Below, piece after piece: positions 48,313-60,250 of a DNA stretch of 64,000 bases. Numbering within the stretch: the first letter of the stretch is position 1; every line of letters starts with the position of its first letter. Under the pieces are notes generated by a model, which did not search any database, was not told the DNA's origin, and saw only the letters and a list, made by a program, of their open reading frames with translations. The position numbers and the translations under genes are program-made. Origin of the DNA: Lingula anatina (Eukaryota > Animalia > Brachiopoda); the NCBI GenBank assembly GCA_051362555.1, contig CM120640.1:37405967-37469966 (forward strand), given 5' to 3'.

Positions 48313-51300
48313 TTTTTGCAGTTTTTTTAAATTTTTTTTTGCATTTGTATTATGCATTGTATTATGTTCTTCTTACCAAGTCTATTTTAACTTTTTGAAA
48401 AAATATCAAGAACAATGGCCTCTTGAGACACAATATCTTCTTTCTTAATTTATATATGTTAATGTGTATGAATGTGAATCTTCCATAAAAAAGTCTCTAC
48501 CTATATACATCTTAAAATCACTTAAGCAATACATCAAGGCAAATTACAAAATTAATGCTACTCTATCCACTGTCAGAATTCTCCAACAGTTACGATGTTT
48601 CAGGCAAATCGAAGAGAACAAATGGTACTCAGCTTAGTGATTCAATTTATTATCTCCAGTGGTCTTAAAAGATAAACAAGTGCAGTGAGATAGATGTAGA
48701 ACTGGCAACCTGGAGAGGACAGTAAGGACCATAAGGAGTGTCCATGGTAGATTTAATTAACTATCACACCTATCATGGGAAACAGCAGGACCCTTGATCA
48801 AAACTAACCTTAACAGCAAGAGCTTTAAGGGGAGATAAGAGAAAGATTCCTATGTAAGTAGGACATTCAAAAATCAATATTAACAGAAAATTCTGGAAAT
48901 GCTGCTTGCAGCTGACAGGATCAAATGCCATAAATCCATTGTACATAAATAAAAGTCATATATCTCTGTTTGAAAAAGGAATTTCTTACCCTCTGTGGAC
49001 ATTCCTGCCCGCAGACATCTTTGCCATCGACAAGCCTTGCACCTGTTCCTGTTCTGTGGGGTGAGTACACACTGACCACCAAAGTAACACTTGTACTTAT
49101 CCCCTCTGGTAATGCTTCTTTTATAAAAACCCTGGAATTTTGAAGCATTTGGTGAAGCAGCTTAAGAGAACTTAACAGACACACACAAATCAGCTGGACT
49201 TATAAAGTTTTAATTGGCCTATAGTTAATTCCTTACCTTGCATCCCTCACACGTCTCTATGCCATAATGCACTCCTGTGGCTCCATCTGTGCAGATCTTG
49301 CATGGTCCAAAGGGAAAGGGGACTCCGCCAGTGGGCATGGCAGACACCTGGTCAAAAAAAGACATATTTAACCATTACACGTTAGAAAATCCACTGACCA
49401 TTACATAGGAGTTGGAGCTACTGTAAGCCCCCTTCTTTTTTCCTAAGGACAAGAGGAATCTGAACTAATTTTTTATTCACTAGTATAATATTTTGTAGAT
49501 TTCAATAGGACTACTTGATGGTCAGTAAACTGATTGTTTATCTCAAAGAATGAAAACTTCAACCAGCAAAAATATCCTTCAATAAGCTAGACAGCAAGAA
49601 CACTATATCACCACCATTCCTGTTTTCAAAACTTGGGGACTCCTTTTTCAGCACCAGTGACTAAAATCACATCCACAGCTCCCTAACAAACTGGTAAACA
49701 TCTGTCACAGATTTGCCAGACTTTGTCATGTTATTTTTTTCAGATATTTCAATGTATATATCCAACATGGATGATTTCAAAGATGACTGCCCATATCACA
49801 CAATTTTCTTGTCAATCAGCCAATATACCTGTTGACAGGCCAATTAGCCAGCAATGCCAGGAGTAACAACAAGATGTTTACAAGCATAATATCCAACCAA
49901 CGGAGATCAATTAGTCTAGCAACTTGATATGTTTTATGGAAATGGAAACCTTTCACTGCCCTTCAGAAAATGTCATCAAATATACCATACAAACATAGGT
50001 GACAGATTTCTATAAGTTTCTATTCTTTGAAAATGGGAAATATAGGAAAGGACCAAAAAGTTAAATCCATACTTTATTTATTTATTATTATTATTATTAT
50101 TATTTTGAAAAACCTCCATACACCACAGGACCTAAGATACATTAAATACTGTATTCTCTATAAATTTATTAATCTCAAAATGAAGAACGTCAGTTTTTTC
50201 CTGGTTAAAATCTGTAATTGTGCCAATTATCCATGTCCTATCATACCTTTCTCTGTAACAAATGAGCTAAAAAAACCTGGATTGGAACCTGCCAGGTATA
50301 ACCTATCCTAAACTAGAGGATCAGAGAGGCGATACCGCCTCCTGATATTGTACCACCAGCTGGGGTAAGCGCATTTGTATGGGAAAGAAAAAGAAAGTGG
50401 GGCCCCACCTGTATGGTTGTGGGTGACAAGCTGCAGGAAATGTAGTAAACAAGGTGTTTTTTTTTTTTTCAGTTTTGGCATCTAATGGCTGCTTTTCCCA
50501 TGAAAATGCACCGATTGACCCCGAACTTCCACACATTAAAGCAGTCTGCAATTGTAACCCCTCAGTATAATATGAGAGCTAAGGTCTGCTTAGTTTCTGA
50601 ACATTGGCACAAACAAATATCTTTTTGCAGAAATTCCCTTTTTTGCGATCTAGGAGGATAATTGGTTATGGTGCCTTTTATCCCACGCCACCCTGCGGAG
50701 CCATACGATATGGGTTGGTACTAAAACCACGAATACCCCCAGCTTACACACTGGTGGTACTAACTATGGGCATATCTTTGCCAGTTTTGAAAGTATAAGC
50801 ACTGAAAAAAGTTGCAGAGTTCAGTCCATGGTGAAAAGTAGGTCAAAGGTCAATTTCAAGGTCACAGTTAAATTGCCAGCATATGACTTCCTATTCAACT
50901 TCAATAGTAACTATCAGGGGCGGATCCAGAGATATTTTCTGACAGTCTTCCAAATTATCTTTGCTGATCCATTCTACATTTTTGACCGTCTTCCGAGAGA
51001 AAAAATTAGATATCCGTCAATGTAAACTTGAAAATCTGACCGTCTTCTGGAAGACCCAGAAGACGGCCTAAATCCGCCCCTGACTATTGACCCAACTCTT
51101 CTAGTTTTGGAGATATAAGAGACTAAAAATTTTCAAACTTCAGTTAATGGTGAAAAGTAGGAATGTACTTTTTGATACAGCATAACTCGTGAACCGTATG
51201 GAAAACAAAAAAACGGAGACCACTTCCAGTGTTGGGCTTGACATGCTCTATCAAATGCAAAAAACAAGAGGTCTCTAGCATTAACGACTCCAGAATTAGA

Positions 51301-54300
51301 GAGAGTTTTATGTTTCAGCATCTAATGGCCGCTGCTCCCGTGAAAATGCATCGATTGACTCGAAACTCACAGAGATGAAAGATAACCTGAAGGGTAACAA
51401 CTACCAAAAATATTAGAGGTTAGGTCTGCGTAGTTTCTGAATATCAGCACAAATAATTTTTTTTCGTAAAAATTCCCTTTTTTTGAAAATTTTGGCCTGT
51501 TTGACCTTGAAATAAAGGTCAAAGGTCAAATCCAAGGGCATATTTGGAATCCTCATATGTGACTTTCGGTCAGACTTCTATATTAATTTTTCCCATAATT
51601 CCTTCAGTTTGGGAGATGTATAGCATTGAATTTTCAAAAATTTTGACAAGGGTGCATTTCAACGAGCGTCATGCCCAGGCAATTGCACCAATCGAGACCA
51701 AAAAACTAGGGGGTTCAAGTTGAGATTATATGTGACCTAAATCCAAGAGATGGGGACACAGGCCCATGCAGTCTAGGAGGAGAAGCGGTAACGGTGACTT
51801 GTATCCCACGCCACCCTGCGGAGCCGGCGGAGCTCACGGAGCCGGCGGAGCTTACGGAGCCGGCGGAGCCGTACGATACGGGTCGGGACTAAAACCATGA
51901 GTACCGCCAGCGTACACGCTGGTGGTACTAATGATATGGCCATCAGGCATTGTTTGACTTTCTTAAATCTAGACATGTTAAATAAAGCCCTTTCTTGCAG
52001 CATTCTGATGGGTTTCCAGAAATCATGGAAGCCCCCCCCCCCCCCCCCCTCAATTGGTCCCTCACCAAAAGATGTAGAATTACCATGGAAAAGTTTGGGT
52101 TTTTAAGACGTGAACAAAATCCTCTTTTATGAATTAGTTTGTACTAATTATTGAATATTGTTTATGCTGAATCCAAACTTCATGCACAGAATCTCAATCC
52201 TACAAAATTGAACAAAAGACTTATCCATATGACCTTGATGCTAATTTACAGTAAAACGATGTTAATTATAATACTATCACCAAATTATAAAGTTTGTACT
52301 AATCATTGAATATTGTACTAGTATATGCTGAATCTAAACTTAATGCACATAAACGCAATCCTTCAAAATTGAGCAAAAGACTTATCCATATGACCTTGAT
52401 GCCGATTTGCAGAAAAATGACGGTAATTATAATACTATCGTCAAATTATTACAACTGCATTGTTCACAATTAGTCCATGTGATATATAAATCTGGCATTC
52501 ATTCTAGGATAAAGGATCCAAAAAAATCCCAGATATGAAATTAAACATATACTATATCAGATAAACAATATTAGATATATGTGCAAGTGAGCAGAATATT
52601 CTAGAAGGACTGAAAATATATAATATGGGATATAAAAATTACCCATTTAAACACTATTTCACCAATGTAGCATTCAGCTTAACTGGGTTTGAAAGTTAAC
52701 CTGGTTGACTTGGGCAAACATCATTTTAGAGCTGGCCCTAGTTTTAGGGGGGACCTCTCTTATTACTGTTGCAAATGGCCAGAAAAGGGTCTAAAAAAAC
52801 ACCATATCAGCATTAATTGTTGCTAGGCAACAAGATTTCACAGACGTTTTCCAAACTGTTAAGGTCCACTAGCACTTTTTTAGCTAGAAAAAGGGGTTCA
52901 GGCCTCTATGGAATCTACTACTCATCAAATAAGTAGTTTTGGTGGGTTCAAGAAGGAATGTAACATCGGCTCCAAGGGTTCAGCACACAAATGGGAACAT
53001 GCCACATAGAGACATTTTAAAGCAACAAATAGGTAATTTGCATACTATCTGTCCCTTATACAGTATATATGTCAGTTAACTGACAAAATAACTATTTGCA
53101 GACATTTATCCATACATTAGTAAGCTGCAAGGGGCTTTAAAAAACACCCAAAAAATATATTTCAAAGTCAGTTACGCATTAAGCATTTTCTCAAAATCAT
53201 GACTACTCAACTGTCCTTAAAATTTGAGTACCCACCATAGTAATATAATGTACATAAACTTAATGAAAAGGAAGTGGAAATAACATTTTTCACACTGTAA
53301 AATGTTTAATATTACTGTACCATACTAAATAGAAATCAAGGTCAAGTCAGGTGTCATATTTGCAATAATCCACATACCAAATGCTGCAGGTAACTCTGGC
53401 CCTCTCTTCTTTGGTGACAATAATATTTGACCTCTAACACTGACAAGAGGCAAGCAAATGATTCCTCTTCAAACTGAGGCAATTCATTAATTGCCCAAGA
53501 CCTGTGTTAATTGAACATAATACCAACTGCAGCAATCACCACTTCAATGGCACATAAACCAAAATTCATGTTTTCGGTTCTTTTTGGAATGTCTTTTTAA
53601 ATGGATGAATCTGGTCCTTTTTGTGCTTAAATGCACAGCAGTAATCGTGAAGAGCAGGTGTACGAGTTGAACTTAGCGCAAAATGTTGTCAATGCGTGTT
53701 AACGTCAAGTCATACGAGTTGTGCATAAAAAGGTACAGCTGCTAATACCAGTACCATGACACAAGGGGCTTATGTTAACTACAGCTATACTAGTACCTTT
53801 AATGAGTTTTGCAACTGTACTAGTAGTAAATAGCATTACATTATAAATGTAGTATTTATAGTAACATTGCACCCCTGTTAAGTCAACAGCGAAGGAAGAT
53901 TTAGGCAGTCGTGCCATTCAAATGTTTTTTTTTTTCATTCAGAACAAGGCACTAGTAATTAGAAATTGTATTTGAATCTTTTGTAGTCTACACTTCCTAC
54001 TACTAACAGGGCTTGACAAAAAAAAAAAGGGTTGTATGGTTGTGTTTTGCAACCATCTCTGGGGTAGCGCTAACACTCCCCAATTTAGCCAAATGCTAAA
54101 ACTTACTTTAAATTGGCTAAAGAAAAAGGGCTTGATTTGACTTGTTTTTGTCAAATTATAACCATTTTGATTACAAATTGACAAAAAGTGGTGACTTGGC
54201 TAAGCGAAAAAAATTGCTAGCGCTACCCCAGCATCTTTTACCCTCAGGCTACCGTATCTTGACCAGCAGTTGTCACACAGTCCAACTCATTCCATCTTGT

Positions 54301-57300
54301 TCAATGGCATTGGCTCCTCTTGGTAAATGTGTATAATAGTTATTTGTGTTCATTAAAAGATAGCAATAAAATATTCATATATATTACATTTTCTGTTATC
54401 TTGTTTTGTAAAAAAAAAAAGGCAGTGAAAGTGACATAACTTTTTATTTGGAATTCTTTATGAATCTAGAGCAGAATTTAGAAAATAAAAATTATTTAAT
54501 TGCATGCTTGGTAATTTATGATAAATATATGATATAGCAATTGTGTACATTTTCATTTTCTTGTGGTATTTTTTGTTCCAACATTGATTCAATTTAATCT
54601 GCACTATGTAATATACATGTGCAGTAACCACACAAGCTGTGATGTCCTGTAAATGGCTAATGTTTACTGGCAAATGGCCAAATAAATAAAAACATAAGTG
54701 TAATACATTAAACATATCTGGCATCTATACAATCTTGTAAGTCACCTGTTCACACATTCTAGATATCACTCATATTATCATATTGTGGGAAATGACATGC
54801 TGCATGGCAACACAGACCAACTAAAAAACAAACATTTCAACAATATTTGTTACTTATTAAAAAAAATAAGGTTAAAATAATCTGACCATGCCAATTTTTG
54901 AAAGAAATCTGCATTTTTACCAAACAAGGCCATTCAGTAGCAGAGTAAGAAAAAAGTCTGGTACTTATGAGGTGCACTTTGTCAAAACATATTCAATGAA
55001 AAGCACACACACATGCAAAAAAAAAAACAAACTTTTATACAAAAATAAGAGATCCTGCTAATTGTCTAAAAGGAATAAAAGGGAATAACAGCTGTTTATA
55101 TGAGATTCATATTTACAACAAAAACATTGTAAACAACTCACAGAAACATAATAAACTCCATTTCACCACCAAATCAGGAGTTATCCCAACTATTCTGAAG
55201 CCTGTGATAACCATCAAACCATGTGGACCTTCATAGATGGCTATACCTCAGTAATAATCTCTTAAGTAATTGTTAAAAAAAAAAATTAGAAAAAAACATT
55301 AACTAACTTTGATTGTTGGAATGGATTCATTTTAAAGCAGTAAGAGAAAATTGTTGTTTACCCCAGCAAAATCGAACAGTTGTTTTCCCTTTAACCTGTC
55401 ATTTTAATGAACAATGTCCCTCGGTTTAAAACTAAAATCTAATCAGGCAATAGGAAATTTTCCCAATTCTACCAATGCCTACCAAGAGAAGCAAAAATCA
55501 GGGCTCAACACAAACGGTTGTCCGCTTGCCCGGGGCAACTAAAATCTGCCGTATGACAAGTAAATTTTGTGTCCAGTTGCCCGGCGGGCAAGTAAATTTT
55601 AGTACAATGTTAGATCTGATGTTAAAAGATTGAAGCATTACACATGTTTTTCCCTTTTTGCACAATAACGTCACAAACTGTAACATACGTCAATGAAAGA
55701 TTTCTGTATTCTAATGCATGCACAGCTTTCTAAAAATAACTGGCAGTCACTATCTCCGTCGGCAGTGCCTCGTTTTCAGAGTGCTGTCATATTCTATAAT
55801 TTAAAGTATTTAGTCAAACAAAAACAAGGCAAGTTGTTCTTGGAAAAATTTAGCCACGTGATAAAAGTTAAGAAGGCACTCTCTCTCACATTTATTTGGC
55901 ACTTTTTGTATTGGTTGGGAAATATTTAGAAGCATATAATTTCCAAGCTTTAACCACGAAAGAAGTGGAAAATAAGCAGTCACACTGTTGCTAAGTGAGA
56001 GTTGGCAGGGACCAGTTTGCGGTGGTTTTGACCAGTTAGCAGACAGCTGAACTGCTTCTGTAACTGATAGAGATTTCCCGGACTTGAAATGCTTATAGTT
56101 TATATATTTAGCAACAATTTCAGGGAGAAACAGGAGGAATAGTAAGCTTCCTTAAAGTATGGACATTTTAATTGATGAAGTTGGATAAATATGTTAACTT
56201 TTTGCACCCACCTAATAAAAGCAGTGTACTACACAAATACTTGTTTGAGGGAGCCAGTGAGCACTTGTCAGTATCCAGACAGTGTGGCACCGATCATGGT
56301 CTGTCGCAAGCATTTCAGAGCGCTTTGTTGACCTATTTTTTTTTTTTTTTGACACTTTAATGAATGTGGAAGTCTGTCTAGGAGTATGTTTTGATCTCCT
56401 CTACATTTTAAATCATTGGCTTTACTGTTTATTCACTGAAAAAGGTATCTGAGCTATGTTGATACCACAGTTTTCTTAGTTAAAATGCCACCAATCCAAT
56501 ACTTGACTTCAAAAATTTCCATGGAGGAGGAGGAGAAGGGGATCCTCATTCTAGCATTTGTAGGTGCTAAGTATATAATTCTTTATTAATGAATTTTTTT
56601 ATCATGCTTAGCTTAACTTCATTTACTCCTCAAGACATATGAAACAAGACAATTATGTCACCGTGCCACATAAAATGTTGAAAAATCTGTTCAAAATTGC
56701 CTAAAATGCACCAAATTGCACCTTGATTGAGTGCAGAAAAGTGCTATGAAGTAACCAGTGGCATTTTAGATTTTACTATCAAATTATTTGTGTAATTTGG
56801 TGTTGTCAAGGCAATCCTACTATATATTAAAGTGAATTATATTAAGATTAATTTTTGAAGTTTGAAAGTACTGTTTCTCTTCTATTGATTTTATCAACTG
56901 TTCTGCAGAAATAAAGAAATGTTTTTTTTTATAAAAAGAAAAAAAAAAAAAGAAGTTGGGGATAGTGACCGACCTATCTATACTTGATGAGTAAATGTAA
57001 AAGAGTTGGTTCTTGTAAGAGCATATTTTATAAGTAACAATGTTATGTCTATCAGTCGCCATCCTGAGGAGTGTGGGCATTGCAACATTTATGCACTTGT
57101 ATTCTTATAAATATCCTAATTTTATGCTACATCATAGTGGAGGTGTACCTTTTTTCTTTCGTTTAGAATCTGTGACAAATTTGAAATTTTACTGATGTGC
57201 ATGACAAAATGTGACATTCCATCAATCAACTTGCTCATGGAGAAAATAACTCAAAGATGACAAAATTGACACAATTGATTTTTTTTATAAATAAATAAAA

Positions 57301-57645
57301 TTTAATGCTTCAAATGAAAAAAAAAAACTGCATATTGAGTGGTTTAAAAATTTTCACTAATAATGGGCAAGTTGAGGCAGAGGAAGGGCAAGTAAAAATA
57401 TCTGGCAGGTTGCCCTGGGGCAACCTGGTTAAAAAACTTATGTTGAGCCCTGAAAATATCTTGAAAATCATGATGTTCAGAAAGATAACTAACGGCCCAA
57501 CAGTGTCAAAACTAAATCAACTCAGGACTCCTTTAAGATTGGATTAAAACTGAACACACCAACCCTCCAGGCAATTATGAGCGATTACCAACGGAGTGCT
57601 GTCCTTTTCAGGACCCCTTATGATGCCCATATCTGCCATCTCCAT
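35083..57645 (-). CDS. Nuclear hormone receptor, NR1-like (E75/Rev-erb/ROR-related), ~782 aa, 10 coding exons
   Basis: Exons 57645-57589, 49347-49237, 49131-48990, 47627-47208, 45425-44491, 43961-43865, 43223-43141, 42680-42482, 39028-38822, 35180-35083; phases consistent, 2349 nt. [31 protein letters not shown]...CYFGGQC...[21 protein letters not shown] box [12 protein letters not shown] signature [15 protein letters not shown] and [16 protein letters not shown]. First and last exons are less certain. Confidence 0.92.
35368..38632. mobile_element. 3.27-kb non-autonomous TIR DNA transposon with TA TSD (Tc1/mariner-pogo-like), in the last receptor intron
   Basis: TA|CGGTAATGTGCCATGAATTTCGAAC ... 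GTTCGAAATTCATGGCACTTTACCG|TA; subterminal TGGCCGAAATTCATG near both ends; no transposase ORF seen. Confidence 0.85.
39453..41046 (+). repeat. 146-bp tandem satellite, ~11 copies, with a duplicated 4-mer higher-order unit
   Basis: G(T/A)AGGTCAAAGGTCA recurs at 39476, 39621, 39767, 39913, 40059, 40205, 40351, 40497, 40643, 40789, 40935 (146-bp period from copy 2 on). Confidence 0.98.
41290..41581. mobile_element. Nested MITE, IS3EU-like (TAYGG termini, 6-bp TSD)
   Basis: TIR TACGGAAGCCGACTGGTGCCATATGT / ACATATGGCACCAGTCGGCTTCCATA; CATTTT at 41284-41289 and 41582-41587; interior holds five copies of the palindrome TATCTCGAAATTTCGAGATA. Confidence 0.85.
45564..45626 (-). mobile_element. Degenerate tRNA-derived SINE head
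   Basis: Minus strand GGCCGCTTGGTAACGTCCTTGGCTGCCAAACACAGCAGAGTGAGTTCAATTCCCATTCAGTCC has A-box-like and B-box (GTTCAATTCC) spacing but no good cloverleaf. Confidence 0.4.
48273..48305. repeat. (TG)n microsatellite
   Basis: About 16 TG units. Confidence 0.95.
50312..51931 (-). mobile_element. Second, compound copy of the same DINE-1/Helentron family
   Basis: Same terminus ACTAGAGGATCAGAGAGGCGATACCGCCTCC..TATTGTACCACCAGC; far end GTACCGCCAGCGTACACGCTGGTGGTACTAA; GCCGGCGGA microsatellite; 51160-51800 aligns with 41600-42240; about one full satellite monomer plus partial flanks (50763-51160); extra internal terminus ~50680-50762. Confidence 0.88.
50915..51082. mobile_element. 168-bp hAT-like MITE with 5-bp TSD (hAT5-type), inserted into the satellite monomer
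   Basis: CAGGGGCGGAT ... ATCCGCCCCTG; ACTAT at 50910-50914 and 51083-51087; the empty site GTAACTATGGACC is seen in the 39.5-41 kb array. Confidence 0.85.
52137..52450. repeat. Two-copy tandem duplication (~155-bp period)
   Basis: AGTTTGTACTAAT..TGAATATTGT...AAAAGACTTATCCATATGACCTTGATGC...AATTATAATACTATC occurs twice. Confidence 0.9.
54059..54230. repeat. Inverted-repeat-bounded segment (MITE remnant)
   Basis: CTGGGGTAGCGCTAACA...TTAGCCAA versus TTGGCTAA...TGCTAGCGCTACCCCAG. Confidence 0.5.
55499..57452. mobile_element. 1.95-kb non-autonomous hAT-like element with 5-bp TSD
   Basis: TIR CAGGGCTCAACA / TGTTGAGCCCTG; AAAAT at 55494-55498 and 57453-57457; subterminal TTGCCC/GGGCAA repeats at both ends. 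Confidence 0.85.
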
Positions 57646-59595
57646 ACCTGAAAGGACACACAGCAGCACACTATAGATAAAGACCTTTATTTGTCACTAC
57701 AAACAACCCTTATCTGCTATGGGACACACATATTGCACATACACCGTATGATGCTCTTAACACTGGGATAGTGAACAAAATTTAGGTATAACTTACACAT
57801 ATATATTTATTTATACATGGCAAGGGTTTAGTCAGCTAGAAGTCCAGTGGTCATTTGGACAGCCTCTTTGTGGAAAGGACTGCCTATCTTACAGCTGGAT
57901 GGTTGGCATTACCCAGTTTTGCTTCAAAATGTGCTTTGCCTTTTAAGTGGTTGTCTTAACATATCTAATATCCTCTGAAGATAAGCTCTATCCCAATGGA
58001 TGATTGTGCAACCCCCACATTTTTGCCAGGGAGGGGGGCTTTCAAAATACACATTTCACAGGCCCCCCATCTTTAACCTTGTTATTTTGATTATTTTGAT
58101 ATATTTGATATATTTTGTTATCTTGATATATTTGAAGAGGATATCAACTAAAGCATAAGCCAGAACCACCCATGTCTTTCACTTGATCTATAGTAAAAGC
58201 AATATTAGGCAATATTTTTAATATCGCATCTTAAGTACTTATATTAAGACTATCGATCTACAAATTTCACCCATAGAATTATACACAAACTTCAAATTAT
58301 TGGGAGAAAAAAAGGGTTACAGTGTACACTGAATACAAATGTGATATATTCATACATGGCAAATATCACACTCATACTAGTAAGTCACTCATAATACATG
58401 CATTTGTCATTTTAAATGACTGGTGAGCATATGTACTGGTAGCCCCAATTTTCACACACTCATATCTTATTACCCATGGCCTAGTGTATTCTCAACATTG
58501 TGTGTGTCATCAAAAGTTGTTTTAATTTTAAGTGAACGACAAGATGTGTTCGAGTTGTTACACTGTGTCTAATTTACAATGTATATTAATGAAACATGGT
58601 GTGTACGTTGGAGTGGTGTGCACATAGAGTGCACATGTAACATCAGTGCATACCATTGTAACATCAGTGCATACCTGTTGCCCTTTTTCCTCCAAAAACA
58701 CATACAAATTCACTACTTTAATCTGTGTAAATTCCATTTCTTCCCATTTAGAATTTTCGACCAAATCCTAAGACCAAACAAAAAGCTCAGTCCTGTATAA
58801 CAGGAGCAAATTATACGTACTTCCGCGGTAGACAAATCACACTAGTAACAGAAGTTTAAGATCTACTGTATCAGTGTATGTCAATGTCGTAAAGAAAAAT
58901 ATTGGATCAACGTTGAACGTGACCGTCAGCGATTAGCTTCCAGATTCTTCCTATCCCTTTGGTCCATAAATATCATATGGTTCTTCATCCCTTGTCATTG
59001 GCTGTAAAGTACAAAGCATTAAATCTCTTTAAAACGATGAAAACCGTCAAGTTTTCAGTAAAAACAAATCAACATACCTGTTACACAATGGTCGATAACG
59101 TGATCCTCTGTGCAAACCCACTCGCAACAAATATAAGTAGGTTAACCCGCAATGCACTATGGGTAATGTGGGTCAATGTTGTTTATGTACAGAATTTATT
59201 TCACACATAGATCCATATTGTAGCTCTGTTGGATGTATAATTACATAAACCAATGGGCGTGGCGTGGTACCCAATCGTGCATCGGGTGTGGGTTGGTTGT
59301 GCATTTCGGTTTGTTGCAATCTCGATATACGCCATCAACACGAGTGACTTACAAGAACCTATCGCACCATCTCCTACATTTTTCTTGTGTTAGGAGCAAG
59401 TGAAGCTTTTAACAACTATTGGGTGACCTCATTGTCAGTAGCTACCAAGTTTACTTGCACCAGTAAGAACATGTGTACTCGTAAAATGTGGTAACGGGCA
59501 ACGAGGGACTTGCCTAGCCTGACATTTCTCAAGAGAATTTAATTATCTTACTGAAAGTGAAAGTTTTTTTTTTCAGACGAAGAATGCAAGCAACG

Positions 59596-59682
59596 CATTC
59601 AAGCTGGTTGCGGTTTATCCAAAAGAAATCCAATTACAAAGATAAAAAAGATGTTTTCTCTTGGTTTATTGGATTTGAAATC

Positions 59683-59748
<66 letters not shown>

Positions 59749-60250
59749 GCACATTTTAGGAGAATCAAAGATTTTTTCTAGAAAAAAGGAATGAACAGCC
59801 ATAAGATCATCAAGACTGGCAACTTTGTCATCTATGTGAACCTGTAAAAAAAAAGGGGGGGGGGGGGGGGTTAACATATATGCTAACGCTACGGTGATGC
59901 TCTGCAAGATGCTGGCAAACGCAGTGATCAATGCATATTCCTGTAGCTACCAGAACAGTGTGCTGTGCCCTTTATATGCCATATATTGGCTTATAACAAG
60001 CATGAAAAGGCCACGTTTTATTCGTCCAAGACATAATTTAATTTTACCGTATCTTTTATTGTTGGGAAAGAGAAAAAACAATACCATATATAGCTCGTCT
60101 AGTTGAGATTCCCTTTATACTAGGAAAATAACAAAAAGAGATGTCGTGCACGTGTTGAAAAAATAAATAGATGCATATAAATAATAAAATTAATAAATAC
60201 AGAAATTATAACCTCTTGACATTTTTACCTCCAGTAAATCCCCAATGCTG
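59596..60250 (-). pseudogene. Fragmented, rearranged tandem pseudo-copy of the neighbouring NADPH oxidase
   Basis: 60221-60240 is identical to 62709-62728; 59895-59980 matches ~62473-62553 (AQHxVLVAxG..TxFASILQSI); 59794-59844 fuses the exon start, DKxASL and intron AACAGCCATAAGAT; 59596-59632 matches DFFWINRNQ. Confidence 0.8.
59685..59744. repeat. (TA)n microsatellite
   Basis: About 30 TA units. Confidence 0.97.

Noticed and set aside
55690-56330. Transposase remnant inside the 1.95-kb hAT-like element
   Set aside because: Only short interrupted frames; no DDE or dimerisation motif that I could support.
49348-57588. Second DNA-binding domain (2DBD receptor) hidden in the large intron
   Set aside because: No further C4 zinc-finger exon was visible, and the 57589>49347 splice is already in phase.
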